From: Pecten maximus
Lineage: Eukaryota
DNA length: 64,000 nucleotides
Assembly: GCF_902652985.1 (NCBI RefSeq)
Contig: NC_047026.1
Coordinates: 6,634,001-6,698,000 of the forward strand
Direction of reading: 5' to 3'
Shown here piece by piece: positions 1 to 13,905 of the stretch (positions are counted from its first letter, which is position 1; each line of letters starts with the position of its first letter). A program made the translations under genes and the position numbers. Below the pieces are notes generated by a model that made no database searches, was not told the origin of the DNA, and worked only from the letters and a program-made list of their open reading frames with translations.

Positions 1-1849
1 AATGTAATAACAAGTTTTGGAGTGATGTTTTTAAGTCTTGGTATTTATTGTGTGTAAAATACTGTGAAAAAACCTTTCCGGGAAATGTGTTGTTAGCTCC
101 TATTTGGTACAACAGTAAAATCAAGGTAGACAGAAAAGTGATATTTTATAAAAAAAAAAAAAAAAAACTACTACAAGGAAGGCATTTTGATTATAAATGA
201 TTTGATAAAAGATGTTGAAGCAGGTTTATTCTTCTCATACAATGAATTTATCCAGCTATACCAAGTGAATACAAATTTTTTACAATATCGAGGTCTAATA
301 TCTGCTATTAAAGATTTCTTTTCTACATACAATACACATGGTCAAGAAATTTCCTACCTATATATACCAATAAATCTACAACTTATTCTAAGGGAAAGTA
401 AAGGGTCAAACACTTTTTATTCTTTTATGATTAAATCAAATATTATACCATCTGGCACTAGGAAATGGAACATAATTTTTGACAACATAGACAATCTGAC
501 ATGGAGTAAAATCTACAAAATGCCTTTCGCTGTTACAAGAAATACAAAATTACAGTGGTTTCAGTTCAGAGTAATCCATCATATTCTCACAACTATAACT
601 CTTTCCTGTTTAAAATTAGAATGGTTATCTCCCCTCTTTGTGCTCTGTGCAACACTGAAACAGAGACAATTACTCATTTACTGTGGGAATGTGAAGAAGT
701 ACAAAGATTATTGGAAAGTTTTGACACATTATTAGAAGCTCTTTTGATCCCATTTTCAGTGAATAAGAAATCTTTTCTTTTTGGCATTCTGCATGAAAAT
801 TACCTTCTCAGTAATAGAGTAGATAATGAAATTATAATTACTATTAAACAATATATTTATAGAACTAGATGCTTACACAATTCATTAAACATTATTGCTC
901 TTGTCAATATTATAAAAGATAATTACATGATTCAAAAATACATTGCAATTGGCAAAGGTGAAACAGCTAAATATAAATTTGAAAATGAGTGGAGGAAATG
1001 GGATAAATTAGTTAAACTATAATGTGTCATACTTTATTTTATCCGTTGTTATATATTTCATTTTATATCCTTTTGTCATTTTCTTAGTTCGACAGTTTTT
1101 TTCTCATTGGCCGGAAAAATGCTTTTAAATTATTATATATTCCAGTATTGTTTGTTGTCTGCATAGAGTTCCTCCATCTCGCCCAAACCTTTTCCTTCTT
1201 TTAGTTTCTCTTTCTCTCTTATACTTTCTCTCCTTTATCTATCGTGATTACAGTCCTCTTTCTTAGTATACTATCTAGTCACTTCCTCTTCTTTCTTTTT
1301 TTACAAAATCAATGCAATGTACTTAATCCTTACTGATGTCACTTCGTTTTTCCCTATTGAAAGATAACAAAATACTGAAATATCGATCCATTAATGTCTG
1401 TATGTTGTAACTTGTAAAATTTGCTGGTAAAAAGTGTTTATGTGTAGGTTAGGTATTTGATTGTGAAAATATATATGCTGATATATCGTATGTCAATGTG
1501 TGTGAGGGTGTGTGGTGTGTGAGGGTGTTTTGTGGGGGGGGGGGGGGGGGAGGTGTGTGTGTTCGAATATACATGCTATACATGCTTTTTGAAATATATA
1601 TGTAGGGGTACATGCATGGGAGGGTGGGTCTGTGTGTGTCTGGTGTATGTGTGTATGATGCTGTTTCATGTGTGTACTTCAATATAGCTTTTGTGAGCTG
1701 GGTGTTTTGTGTGTGTGTGTGTGAATTAGATGATTTGTAAGTATTTTGTTCTATATTTCGTGTATATGTGCACGTGTGAGTATGCATAATATGAAAATAT
1801 AATGTATATTGCATTGAAAAACTGAATAAAAAGATAATTACAAAAAAAA
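1..1849 (+). mobile_element. 3' part of an L1/Tx1-clade LINE: ORF2 C-terminus with zf-RVT-like zinc knuckle, frameshifted, then 3' UTR and A-rich tail
   Basis: ORFs 187-735 and 555-1022 join into W..IYKMPF....TKLQWFQFRVIH..LTT/NSFLFKI....SPLCALCNTETETITHLLWEC, typical of the L1/Tx1 ORF2 C-terminus. AATAAA at about 1825 is followed by an A-run at 1842-1849. The element starts before the window. Confidence 0.8.
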
Positions 1850-2451
1850 TTAGTTTAATTATTTACTAAGCAAACAAACAAATCCGATTTCGATAGCAGA
1901 AGATTAAACTGTTCGCTGCACAAAAACACACTGCTATTTCTAATGTTCGTTATATCCTGTTCCATGGTAAGCTTTCTCCGTTCGATCCATTGCCTTCTGG
2001 AAAAAAATATTCGTTTCTCTTGAGCTATCGGAATCGGAAGAGACTTTATAAATACATTTTTTTAACTGTCAATAATATATGTATGTATAATATTTCACAA
2101 TACTGATTAAGAAAAGAGAAAACTGGGAATTAAAATCTTCTTGAGTCAAGAATGTATTTCTGAGTGATTTGGCTTATCATAAAATTATCTTCAATGGATA
2201 AATCATTGTTTCCATATAATAATACAAATTACATCCTACTGTTTTAACTTATCTATTGTTGTTTTCCGATTGACGTAGCAAACAAGACAATAATAGTGGA
2301 CCTAGTTATCTAGACATTTTTATAATAAATTTTCTGTTTCCTCTTTAGCAAAATCACAATTTACATAGAAGTCTAGTATTCATTTATTTATAATTTATTC
2401 ATTGCCGGAAAAAATGGAACGCGCGTTTTTTTTTACTGTTGTGCCATTGTA

Positions 2452-2526
2452 AACTTCCGGTCAATGAACAAAAGAAAATATTGTGTGAAGTTGCAAGCAG
2501 CGTAAACAAGCATTTTTTCGGTGAGT
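2452..2526 (+). promoter_or_regulatory. Candidate promoter and non-coding first exon of the zinc-finger gene
   Basis: Local CpG enrichment, an ETS-like ACTTCCGG at about 2453 and a strong donor CG|GTGAGT at 2520/2521. Linkage to the acceptor at 13854/13855 is inference. Confidence 0.35.
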
Positions 2527-4699
2527 ATGCTTTGTCAGTTTAACGTTCACTTTGCTTCATTTCTGCGGTAAAACCATAGTTTTTACAAATCAGCTTTGAA
2601 ATGTAAAATAATTCAAAACATTTAAATAAATAGACAATACGTAGGTATTATATACCGTGAGCGTGAATATATATTATTAGAGCATGACTGAAGTGAAGTC
2701 ATGAAGTTATGACGCTACAAAATCAATAGTACTGTACGTACGTAGTACACCGGGTATTATCTATATGAATATTATAAATTCTTATTGATAGAGCTAGAAC
2801 TTCAAACTGTTATGATAAATTAAGGAACATGTGAAAAAAATCAATGAATCTGTCCATGGAATCTAATGTTAAAGAATACATGTAGTCCGTTAAGAAAAAG
2901 ATTCATCTTATATATATTCGACGAACTATCACTATATCTGTCTATCTGTCAAAATTTATTATATAATTTGATCAATCATTAATAAATCATTATTCTTTAG
3001 GCCTACAATACAGTAAAAATAGTATATAGGTTTTTTTTAAATAAATATTTTTGATAGAATGTCAAACAGCAATGCATGTACAAATCGTTTTACAAATCCA
3101 CCACAATGTAAAATGTCCCTTTATATAATTAGGAATGTGAGTAGCTTGGGTGTAAGTATTTTCCTGTCACAATAATGGCAAGGAGAAAGAGTTTGATGAG
3201 AAAGGGACGTTTGTAAGTGGAATTACTCTGTATCTGTCTTTCACTAGTAAGTTAAAAAAAAATTGTGTCCCATAAAATGATTATTATATAAGCTTATATT
3301 TGAAAAAGATAAATCATGTGGACTTTTTTATATAATGCTTCAACACTCCATGACATTGTATGCACTTGCCTTTTTTAATGATTTTTTTTTTTTCAAATCA
3401 AATTATTATCAAATTACATTGTATTAGAACAACAAAGGTACAATTGTACATACTTTATTTTAAATACTTTTGATATTAGGTAATTGGATTTTAAAAACAA
3501 TGAGCAAGTTATTTTCTGACAACTTTGTGTTTGATTTAGCAAAACATTTAAGGTCTCCCTCAGATATTGGCAAATACATACTTTAATGATTTATATATGC
3601 ATTAAATATTTAGCCTACTAGCTAAAGGAATTATACATTAAAAAGATCAATCTTGATATATAGTGTAATTATATTGTATAAAACAGCAATTTGTTTTCAC
3701 TTGCAAATATACTGTATTATATTATCAAGTTTCTGGAATGCAAATGTTTCCAGTTCTAAATCTGGTCTCCTTGTTTTATTTCTAATTGTCACCATGCAAT
3801 ATAATGTGAAGATTGCTTTTATAAAAATTAAAGCATACCTTTTTATATCTACACTTTGTTATTAGTTATGGTTTCTGAAAATGACTAACAAAACATAAAT
3901 GATATTCATAGATTCCTCACAGATTGTGTACAGTCATAAGAGATTAGTATTTATAATGCTAAGTTATGTAGAAATCAAATAATGCATGAACATTTATGTC
4001 AAATAGACATGCCCTTGCAATCACAAGAGTCGATCTATTAAAACAACTTTTGTCTGATAGGTCTACTAATGAACACATTACTTCCTCTTTGAAATGTATA
4101 TTTCGTTGAATAAGAAGCAAGAGTTGCATGGTATATCTTTACAACATAATAATGAACATTTTGATATGTGCTGACATCTTTATAATGCTACAACATATTG
4201 ACTATATAGTATATCTAGTTATATGAAATATGCATGCAATTGATATATTGCTTTCCTGCATTACCAATTTAAAATATATATATGTTTATATGCATTTGGA
4301 CATGACATCTGGCCTGCATGAACACAGGAATACATTTTTACAGGTGTCTGTATGACATCACCTTCTGTAATCATCGATGACTCATACAAATATATTCAGG
4401 GACATAGATATAGAACTTCATGTTTATTACATTCAATAACTGGTTAGAAATCGTATTGGTTCCTTATATCAAGAAAAAATAATGAATGCTGCGTTCCCTG
4501 TTTTTGTCCTGACTGTGACAAAATCGTGAAGTAAGACCATGGTATTACTTTTTACAGTGGTGACAGCGTCATTGTCATCATTTCCCTTTTTTTTTGCAGT
4601 TATATCCATTGTTCAAAAAGTATAGTTCGCTCCCAACTAAAACCAAATGTCATACATATCTAAGTGGCCATTAAGAGTATGAAATAACCATATGCATAT

Positions 4700-5212
4700 T
4701 AGATTTTGGGCAAGTGAGCTTATGTCGTACTGGTGTGGGGCCCATCGCCCATCTGTTGGTTCGGCGTCAACTTTTTCTTTTAATAACTTAATTATAAGCT
4801 TCTTCTCAATAACCAAGAGACCCAGGGACTTGATATTGGTCATATAGCATGCTGGAGTGAAGGGCTACAAAATTGGTCAAATGAATGACTTTGATCTTCA
4901 TTTAAGGCCACATGGGTCAAATAGATTAGAATTTTTAAACAATTTCTCAATAACCAATTACAAGAAGCCTGGGGACGTAATATTAAGCCTGTAGCATGTT
5001 GGGGTGAAGGACTACCAAGTTTGTTCAAATGAATGACCTTGACCTATATTCAAGGTCATATGGGTCAAATAGGCTAAGGTCTTCAAACCTAGCCTACTCA
5101 GATATTTGAATAAAGTCGTAATCAGCAAAGTATCTGCAGAAATGGCCTAGATCTATTTCAAAGTTGCTGTAGACCCAGGTGAGCGATACAGGCTCATATT
5201 GGGCCTCTTGTT
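4700..5212 (+). mobile_element. Non-autonomous Helentron-like (HINE/DINE-type) element
   Basis: Has internal ~150-bp degenerate repeats (TTCTCAATAACCAA..., CAAATGAATGAC) and ends CAGGTGAGCGATAC-AGGCTC..GGGCCT-CTTGTT, a short 3' hairpin before a T-run. Very similar termini recur at about 59690 and 62140. Confidence 0.6.
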
Positions 5213-5215
5213 TTT

Positions 5216-5252
<37 letters not shown>

Positions 5253-8200
5253 TTGGAAAACATACTGAAATATTAGTGAATTTTGGAGTTTTCTTAAAAC
5301 TGACTACTAGGACAGGAGAGACATGTAATTCTAGCTTGTTAATATTTTATATATACGTTTACACATCGTGATAGCTCTTAGCTCTGGCTGCTAGAAAACA
5401 AGGGGAAAATAGCATTGGGTGTTCTACTCTGTTATAATTAATTATACATTGAACTGAATCAACCTTACAGATGCAAAATACATGTATGCAACATGTGATT
5501 GATTGTATTTCATTAAATTTAGTGTAGATTGTTATTTGAATAAAATATGAAGATTTGAAATATTAATTTTAATAACAATTCTTTGGATTCTGTGTATATA
5601 TACAACTATGTTAGCTTTTAAATGTAAAAATAAAAATGGTTAAAATAACAAAAGGTGATTAATATTGTTAATTTAACATGTAACTTAAATTAATGATTGA
5701 TGGGTAGGTCAAAGATTAATTTATGTATACATTAATCATAAACAAGTTATCAGTAAACATTGACAAAGAGTCATATGAATGTCATGGAAAAACTGTTTTC
5801 ACTTTAGGAAAATAAAGGTATATCCGTGCGCGTGCCCATTCATCCATTGAGTTTTGGAAAGTTTTTTTAGCCGCTTTGACTTGTTTGGTAGGATTTACTG
5901 ATGTTATGCATGAAAGTTCTTTGGGGAACAAATACCATTGCTGTCCAGTCAAATTGTGCCTCAAAAAAAAAAATTACATCTTAATGCAGGTTAAGGCATT
6001 AATATTGGTAAAAAAAAATCAAAGCTCTGTACAGTTTGACATGCATTGACACAAAGTAAAAACCCATAGCTCTCTATTTCTATGCTATTATCTTTCAATG
6101 AAAGGTCTTATTGGTTCGTACAAAAAATTTTGAATATCGTTTTTCAAAATCTTGACATGTTCTGAATTTAACTTCCCTAGATCCATTCACATCCCATCAA
6201 AGTCAGAGAACGGGCATACTTGTATTTATGTTTGGCAAAGTACATGTGGTTGTTTATGAATCCATTTTTTTCCTCTTCAATTTGGTTGATAGATAATAGA
6301 TAATTATTCAAAACAATAAAGATAAACACTTTGTAATATAATGTATTAATGCAAATTATTTGTATAGATTGGTCCATTAACTTCATTCATATATAAATAT
6401 TTTGTATATGAAATATTTTTACGAGGTACATTGATACATGACTGTATATTAATTGTATATATATATATATCAACCCATGATTTACCTAAGTATGTATTTA
6501 TTGATTGATGGATGTTTACGTCTTAAAAGTTTTAATTTCCATATCTCCAGTTGAATAAACAATGTTCTCTGCTGACCAGTTGTCAGTAGGTACTCAGGTG
6601 TACACAGGTGTGAATCCCTCACCTGAGCATACCTGACACTAGGTTTATTGTCATCACAATCAACAAAGACATTTTCTCATTTAATGGCCGGTATAATTAA
6701 CAATTAAATCTACTCAGATGAGCACTTGAAAGGGATATAAAACACATATATGCATACATTAATTGTCCACAGGCACAATATAATATACACTGTCAATATC
6801 GTACATGTATCTGTATATATGTGACGAGGGCTAATAGCTAGTACATAAACGCAGTAGCTTGTTGAATGTCTACAGATCGTAGAGAACTTTGATTCCGTGG
6901 CTTCTGAATTCAAAAGTCAAGGTAGGAATATAATTTGATATAATGCACATCAAGATATTTGGCATTTCGTTAGAAAATATGTTTGATTTTAATACATGTA
7001 TCAGGTTAACTAAATACATATAAATTTATACAATTTTATATCAGATTTTCATTTTTATAGAAATATTTTAAACTCAGGTATGAATATCAGATAATTTTGT
7101 TGTATTATATTTTAATATTGGATGAAATTTATTTGAAAATTATTATATTACAGATAGATTTAAGATATTTATATATTTAATTATGGATTGTTATAATTGT
7201 AGAAATATTAAAGATAGATTCTAATACAAGATAATGATTTTAAAGAAGTAAATAACAGGTACATTTTAATATAATATTATTAATTGATAAAACTTGACTG
7301 TATTGTAAACTTTTGTTACCGATATATAATTATTGTATATTTTTACTTAGGAATAACATTTGTACATTTTTGTATATTTATTTGTAATCGTAAATATTTT
7401 GCTACCTTTTAAACTTATTTGATTTCAATGACAATTCACTTTTTGAAAATTAATTAATCAGGAAAGAGATCTCTCAAATTGAATTAAGTGTGTCTTTTCA
7501 TTTAAACCATTATTGTGCAAGAATACAGAATTATTTTTATGAGTTTGAATGTTTTATCTATATCATTATCCTGTAAAGTCTAAGCTTATGTACAGCTATT
7601 TCAAATTAAAATTTGACCAGCTACCACTAAAAGCGAAATTGAATGATTATGAAATGAATGTCATTAATTAGTATGTTTATTACAAATACTTGTCGATAAT
7701 TAACTGGATTTATAGTGACACCTCAAGTTCGTTATAATAAACACAGAAATTAATCTATAGAGCTCAAGATCTGGTCTCATTGTTAAATTAATTCATTTGT
7801 ACTTGATGATAAAAACATAAACTTGTCAACAACAGAAACCATACCAATGGAACATGACAAATAATATATATGCAATCATTTTCTGATCCAAACTTTGTAT
7901 TCAATGCTTCGTTACTTGGAACCGTACTACAGGAGTAAAATGTGAGATAGGATTTTAATTGGAATGAAAAATATGAATTTAATGTTTTTATGACAAATAC
8001 TTAAACAATGATAAGTAAATTAGATAAATTGATAACTTGAAGTGAAAATATAATTTGTTTAAATCCAGCATTGACTGTTGATGAAATCTTCAGAGCTATT
8101 ATATATACAGTATATATGTAAATGTTTTTGGTGTGAAATATGCTTGTTTTTCTAACAGGATGTTAGCCAGAGAACTGTATCATACTTTAAGTTGGACGAT

Positions 8201-8529
8201 GACCGATTCAAGGTTTTTAGCAACTCATGATTATAATTCAAGTTTTTAGCAACTCATGAAATCTTTAATTTCTAGATCTCTGATGTTTTAATTAATAAAT
8301 ATCCTTCATCTGTAATCAAGGAAAAATTCTTTCTCTGTTAACAGCTGACCGTCATATCTGTGTAGTTTGTGTAATCTCTCATCTTGATTACTTAAATTTC
8401 AAAATCTGTATACTTAAGAAGTTAAATCTCACACCAAAAAATTCTGAAATATCAAACAAATTATCGTCAAGTAATTTAATGTTGATTTAAATCTTGATAA
8501 TTAAATTTGTGTTACATTTCATGTTTGTG

Positions 8530-8791
8530 TCTCTGATATACACAACATGCATTTGTGGAGCAGACTTTGAAAATTTGGTTCATTTTTTCTTCCAGTGCCA
8601 ACTATATTCTACCTTTAGGCATCATATCACTTCTATATACAATCGTGTGGGATTTATTAATTTACATATACTTTTATGTGGCGATATAGATTTATCTCAA
8701 GATATTAATCTATATATCTTAAATCATGTTTACTTATATATAAAGAGCACTAAAAGATTTCAACTATTATGATTATGTTGCTCATCATTAT
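8530..8791 (+). mobile_element. Decayed 3' end of a CR1/L2-group LINE ORF2
   Basis: Reads CICGADFENLVHFFFQCQLY...LLCGD..LSQDIN..ILNHVYLYIKSTKRF*, the C-x-C-G..E..HF..C..Y / LL.G / YI..TKRF terminal pattern of invertebrate CR1-group ORF2. Confidence 0.65.
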
Positions 8792-9934
8792 TTTCCATGT
8801 CTTTCCTTTATGAATTTGTGTGTAAGTGAGTGTGAAAGGTGTGCTGTTTAGACTATGTATAATTATTATACCTATCTGCAACCGGTCTATGGAAAAGACT
8901 TACATAGGGTAATCCTGTTGTCTGATCCTATTATTTCATATATATAAATATTTAAAATAAAACTTAACAAATGATAATAATATACATAAATAATATTTAA
9001 ATTTCTAATATAATTCGGTTTATTGATTGTATGTATATTGAACATGTATTTGTATATATTTTGAATAATAAAATAATTTTTGAATTGAATATATATACAC
9101 AACATAAACAAGATGTTTCTGTGAACTGATATATGGTGTATAAAGAATTAAAACCGACATATAACAGCTGTTCATGGTTTGATGAATGAAGATGTAAACA
9201 ATTTTTGTCAAGATTAATACAAAATATCTTGCTTTTAGACTCCCATTATGCTATAACTATAAATAAATAAAATGAATTGAATAAATAAAGAAAAGATTTT
9301 GATATAAATAAATAAATAAATAAATAAATATGATATTTTACTCCTGCACCATTTTAAAAAGATAACTTCTAAAATATATATATTTTCTTCAGGACATCCA
9401 GTAGACCTTTGGGAGTATGTTTTTGACTCCCTAAAATCATATTTGACTCTTAAGTTTGAAACCACCAGTCTATTAAACATATTTTTTTACCCTCATCACT
9501 TTTCTGAGAATCAAAATGGAGATCACTGTTCCTGTTAATAGATTTTTTAGGTCCTCATGCATGTACTCTATAATGACTTCATTAACTTCATACAAATTAC
9601 TTACAGCTATTTATAATATCTCTTGTACAAAATTGCATTTCGACCACCATGGTGAAATCGAGGTCACTGCTTCTATAAATAGATTTTTCCATTCCATGCC
9701 TGTCCTGATTAGAGATTTAATATACAGTTACAGGCATCATCACTTTTACAACTTCAGGTTTCATCTATGGCCAACTGAGGTCAAAATTGAGATATTTTGA
9801 TGACTGGCAAATATCATGACTCCCAAATCTCACCATCCCACCCCTATGTATAGCTATACCCACGTTCACGCTCCAACCAACAATCCCCTTTACTGGGAGC
9901 TCATCTTGAGGTATGACATATGTTAAGGGTCAGA

Positions 9935-10440
9935 GAAAAATAATCATTATATTTCTTTTATGTGGTTGTAAGATGAAAAATACTCAACAATAATCATTAA
10001 ATTTCTCACAGCTGATGGTGATTTAAAATGAGAAATATTCACCAATAATCATTTAATCTCTCCCATATAGTGGTAAAATGAGAAAAAATACACCAATAAT
10101 CATTAAAGTTCTTCCATATGGTGGTAAGCTGAAAAATATTCACCAGTGATCATTATTTCTCCCATATGGTGCACATGGTTAACATTGAAATATTCACTAA
10201 TAATCATTAAATATCTCCTATATGGTGGTAAAATGAAAAATATTCATGATCGCCAGTAATCATTAAATTTCTTACATATGGTGGTAAAATAAAAGAAAAA
10301 AATATTCACCAGTAATAATTAGATATTTCCCTGCTGGTTGAAAACTGAAAAATATTCACCCAAATGATTAAATTTCTCTCAGATGGTGATGTGATAAATT
10401 TCTCCCAGATAGTGGTAATATAAAAAAATATTCCCCATTA
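9935..10440. repeat. Degenerate ~55-bp minisatellite
   Basis: About 8 recurring units of AAAAATATTCACCAATAATCATTAAATTTCTCCCATATGGTGGTAA. Confidence 0.8.
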
Positions 10441-11719
10441 CTGAGGCTTGTAATTTTAAAATATTATATATGTCTTCAGAAAAATTAAGTCTGGGCCAGG
10501 TTTGGCAGTTTATATATCTTTAGAAATTTTTGTAATATTTATCAGGTTAGAGAATTGTCTCCAATTAATATTAAGTGTAAAATGGTATAATAAACATATT
10601 CTTTATCCGTATGTACAATTCTTCCATTTGGCCGTAACACATACGTAAAATGTTACTTAAAAGTTAATGACAAATTTCTATCAGTATTGCAGTTCATACC
10701 TCCTTAACAATGTGTTATTGAATGATACCTATTGTTTTTATAGGTAAAAGCTATTGTGTTATTGGAGCATTGTTTAACAATATGGCATGCTAATGAGTGA
10801 CATCACCTATAGGTACATATATACACACCACCTGCACTGTCGAAGTATACATGTATGACTATTTTTAAAATGCAATATTATGCATATTTCTTAATGTGCG
10901 TTATTCATTAGGTTTCTTGTAAGAATACATATCAGTTCAAAAGAGATAAAACGCTCAAACTGTGACAGTTTGCAAATTAAAAGCAAATTATCTTTTTACC
11001 TTTTTTGCATGTCAAGAGAATAAAGTGTATGCAATGCGGAAACAAGACATTGATTTAGAGGGTTCATTATGTACATGAATGAGGTAACTCACATAATAAT
11101 AATAATATGTATTAGATATTTCATGATTATTAACATCACATGTGTATTGCAGGGAGGTACTTGTCATCTCGGTTTCTCAGGAAGTAATGTAGGAATTTAA
11201 GTGAACATGAATATGTATATACTAATTTAATTTGAAAAGATGTACATAATAATTTTGAGGAAGATGACAGAGAAACAAGATGACCAACAGGTGGCCAAGG
11301 TGGCCATCTTGAATTTTGATAATTAAAAGTAATTTCTCAGAAAACCCTGAAGAGAGTCATGCTCCTCAATTGATGACAGGTTATGCTTGGTCCTTGAATT
11401 GTCTGCACCACATGTTTAGTTTTGAAACTACCCAGATAAATCATTCATCCTTTTCGTTTTCTAAAACTTCATTTAAGATGGCCATCATGGCCTCTGAATA
11501 GATAAGACATTTTCTCAACTCAACACAATGTATATATAATACTTATATAAAACATGGATTGTGAGTAGATCTACATGGGAAAAATATATATCAATTCTAA
11601 ATGTTTTTTTTATAATTTTTTTTATTTTCCAAAAACACATATATCATTAACAGTCAATAATTTTAATATATCACCTGCACACTACTGCCAAAATCTTTTA
11701 ACAATTATCCTAACTACTC

Positions 11720-11890
11720 ACACTCATCTTCATCCTCATCATCCTCATCATATCATCCTCTTCCTCATCCTTATCATCAACATCACCATCCAATCATTAT
11801 CATCATCAAATCATCATCATCATCATCATCAAATCATCATCAGCATCACATCATCAAATCATCTTCAATAGTCATCATCCTCATGATGAC
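11720..11890. repeat. (CAT)n low-complexity microsatellite
   Basis: Direct reading of CATCAT/CCTCAT runs. Confidence 0.85.
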
Positions 11891-12809
11891 TATTGATCCT
11901 CAATTCTAAATGTTAGTATGTATACTATTCAGTTAACACTTTAGACCATATATATACCACATATTGCAAGGTTTTCATTAATTTGTTGTTTTTTGTTTTA
12001 TTTTGTGAGAAAATGATGAGTTCTTAGTTTTAGCTTTCATTAATTATGTTCATAGAGTAAATTGTAGTTGATGTTATGACATATATGAATTTAATTTATA
12101 ATGCTATGATGTAAAATGTGATACAGATGTATACTATTAAGTTTATTTTGTTATCTATCATTCTTACATCATATTGAGGTTGAAGCACAGACATAGATGT
12201 ACTCTTGGAACTTCCCATTAGCCTGTTATCCCACGTTGTGGCTGAGTGCAAAACCCATATGGGGCATCATGCACAGTTGCCTTTTAGATATAGTTGTAAT
12301 TTTTTTTATGTAGGTCACTGATCATTTGGAATCAACTTTGTATATGCCGCCTCCCCTACAGATGTTAAGAACAGCCATGTCATGTTGAATTTTGATCAAG
12401 TGGATAGTTATAAGTTGCTTTTTTGTTCTCTTTTTCCCTCTGAAGGTGACTTAGATGACAGGTAAAATGGGCCTTGAATATTTAATTAAGACATTGAAAA
12501 AGCCTTGAAAAGGCCTTGAATTTGGTTTGACATAATCTGTATGAACCCTGATATGATATATGATCAATTAGATATCAAATGTAATTGAATATTGGTCATT
12601 TTACCAAATGGATCAAGCTCCTAGATTATGTATTGGTTGTTATTGACAGATTAGGTTAAGCAATTCACTGATTTAAAATTAAAGAAATATTAACAACTAT
12701 ATCTCTTATGCACCATCCATGCATTGATGGATTAAGAATAATCATATAGGCAAAATTGATAATGTTGTCTGTTGCAGTACCTCATCCATAAAGAAATCTT
12801 CCCTCTCGA

Positions 12810-13710
12810 AGTATCTTCCTCTTTGAGGGACCAATCCTATAAAGGGATGATGCCTCTCCCCTCTAGGGGCCACTTTTACATAGGGATGCTCTCCCACATG
12901 AGGGATCACCTCTATAAAAGATCCTCTCCTGCATCAGAGGCAACTTCTATAAAGAAACTCTTCCTCGTGAGGAACCACCTCTATAAAGGGATCCTCTCCC
13001 TGTTGAGGGGCCACCACTATGAGAGGATCCTCTCCATGATCAGCCATCTCTTTTAAGAGATCATCTTCCTCACGAGCAGCTACCTCTATAAATGGATTTT
13101 GTCTCTCATGAGGGGCCACCTTTGTAAAGATCCTCTCCCCAATGGTGGACCCGTTCTGTAAAGGGGTTCTCTCCCTAATGAACTGCCACTTCTTTAAAGA
13201 GATCGTCTCCCTCATTAGGGGCCACCTCTATAAAGAGATCCAATCTCTCATGAGGGGCCTTGTTATAAAGGGATCATTTTCCTTGTGAGGGGCCACCTCT
13301 ACATAGGAATCCTTTTTCCTTATGAGGGACCACCTCTATAAAAGAATTCTCGTTCCTCATTAGATACCACCGCTAAAAAAAAATCCTCTCATTTTTGAGC
13401 TGCAACCTCTTTAAAGAGATCATCTTCCTCATTAGGGACCACTTCTCTGAATAGATTTTCTCTCTCATGAGAGTCACTTCTGTGAATGTTCCTTTCCCTC
13501 ATGAGGGGCCACCTCTATAAAGGGATCGGGTCCCTCGTGAGGGGCAACCTCTTTAATGGAGTCCTCTCTCTCGTAAGGGACCACCTCTATGAAGGGATCG
13601 GGTCCCTCGTGATGGACCACATCTATAAAGGGATCCTCTCCCTTGTGATTGACCACCTCTATAAAGGCGTCCTCTCTCTCGTGAGGGACCGTGAGGGATC
13701 CTCTCCCTCC
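12810..13710. repeat. ~39-bp minisatellite (>20 degenerate units) just upstream of the zinc-finger coding exon
   Basis: Unit is approximately GAGGGACCACCTCTATAAAGGGATCCTCTCCCTCAT. The 13-codon period explains the spurious repetitive ORFs on both strands. Confidence 0.85.
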
Positions 13711-13905
13711 TATTTTGCAGTCCTCTTAAGAGACCATTGTTCCACAAGGCATGTTTACCTAATATTTCAGTCTTATTTTTTAAATCTCTTAATCTTCAGG
13801 AGCAGTAGGATGTTTAGCCAGTCATTTCATAACTCTTATTTTATATATTTCCAGATTATTTCCCAGTGCTCAAATTTTGAGGAACTTTTGGATGTCGCCG
13901 TCAAG

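Noticed and set aside
6580-6594. 14-bp reverse match to the 28-bp satellite unit
   Set aside because: Too short and isolated to interpret.
13486-13905. N-terminal 140 aa of the 459-aa ORF and neighbouring repetitive ORFs
   Set aside because: They derive from the 39-bp minisatellite and intron sequence upstream of the acceptor at 13854. The likely start is the ATG at 13906.
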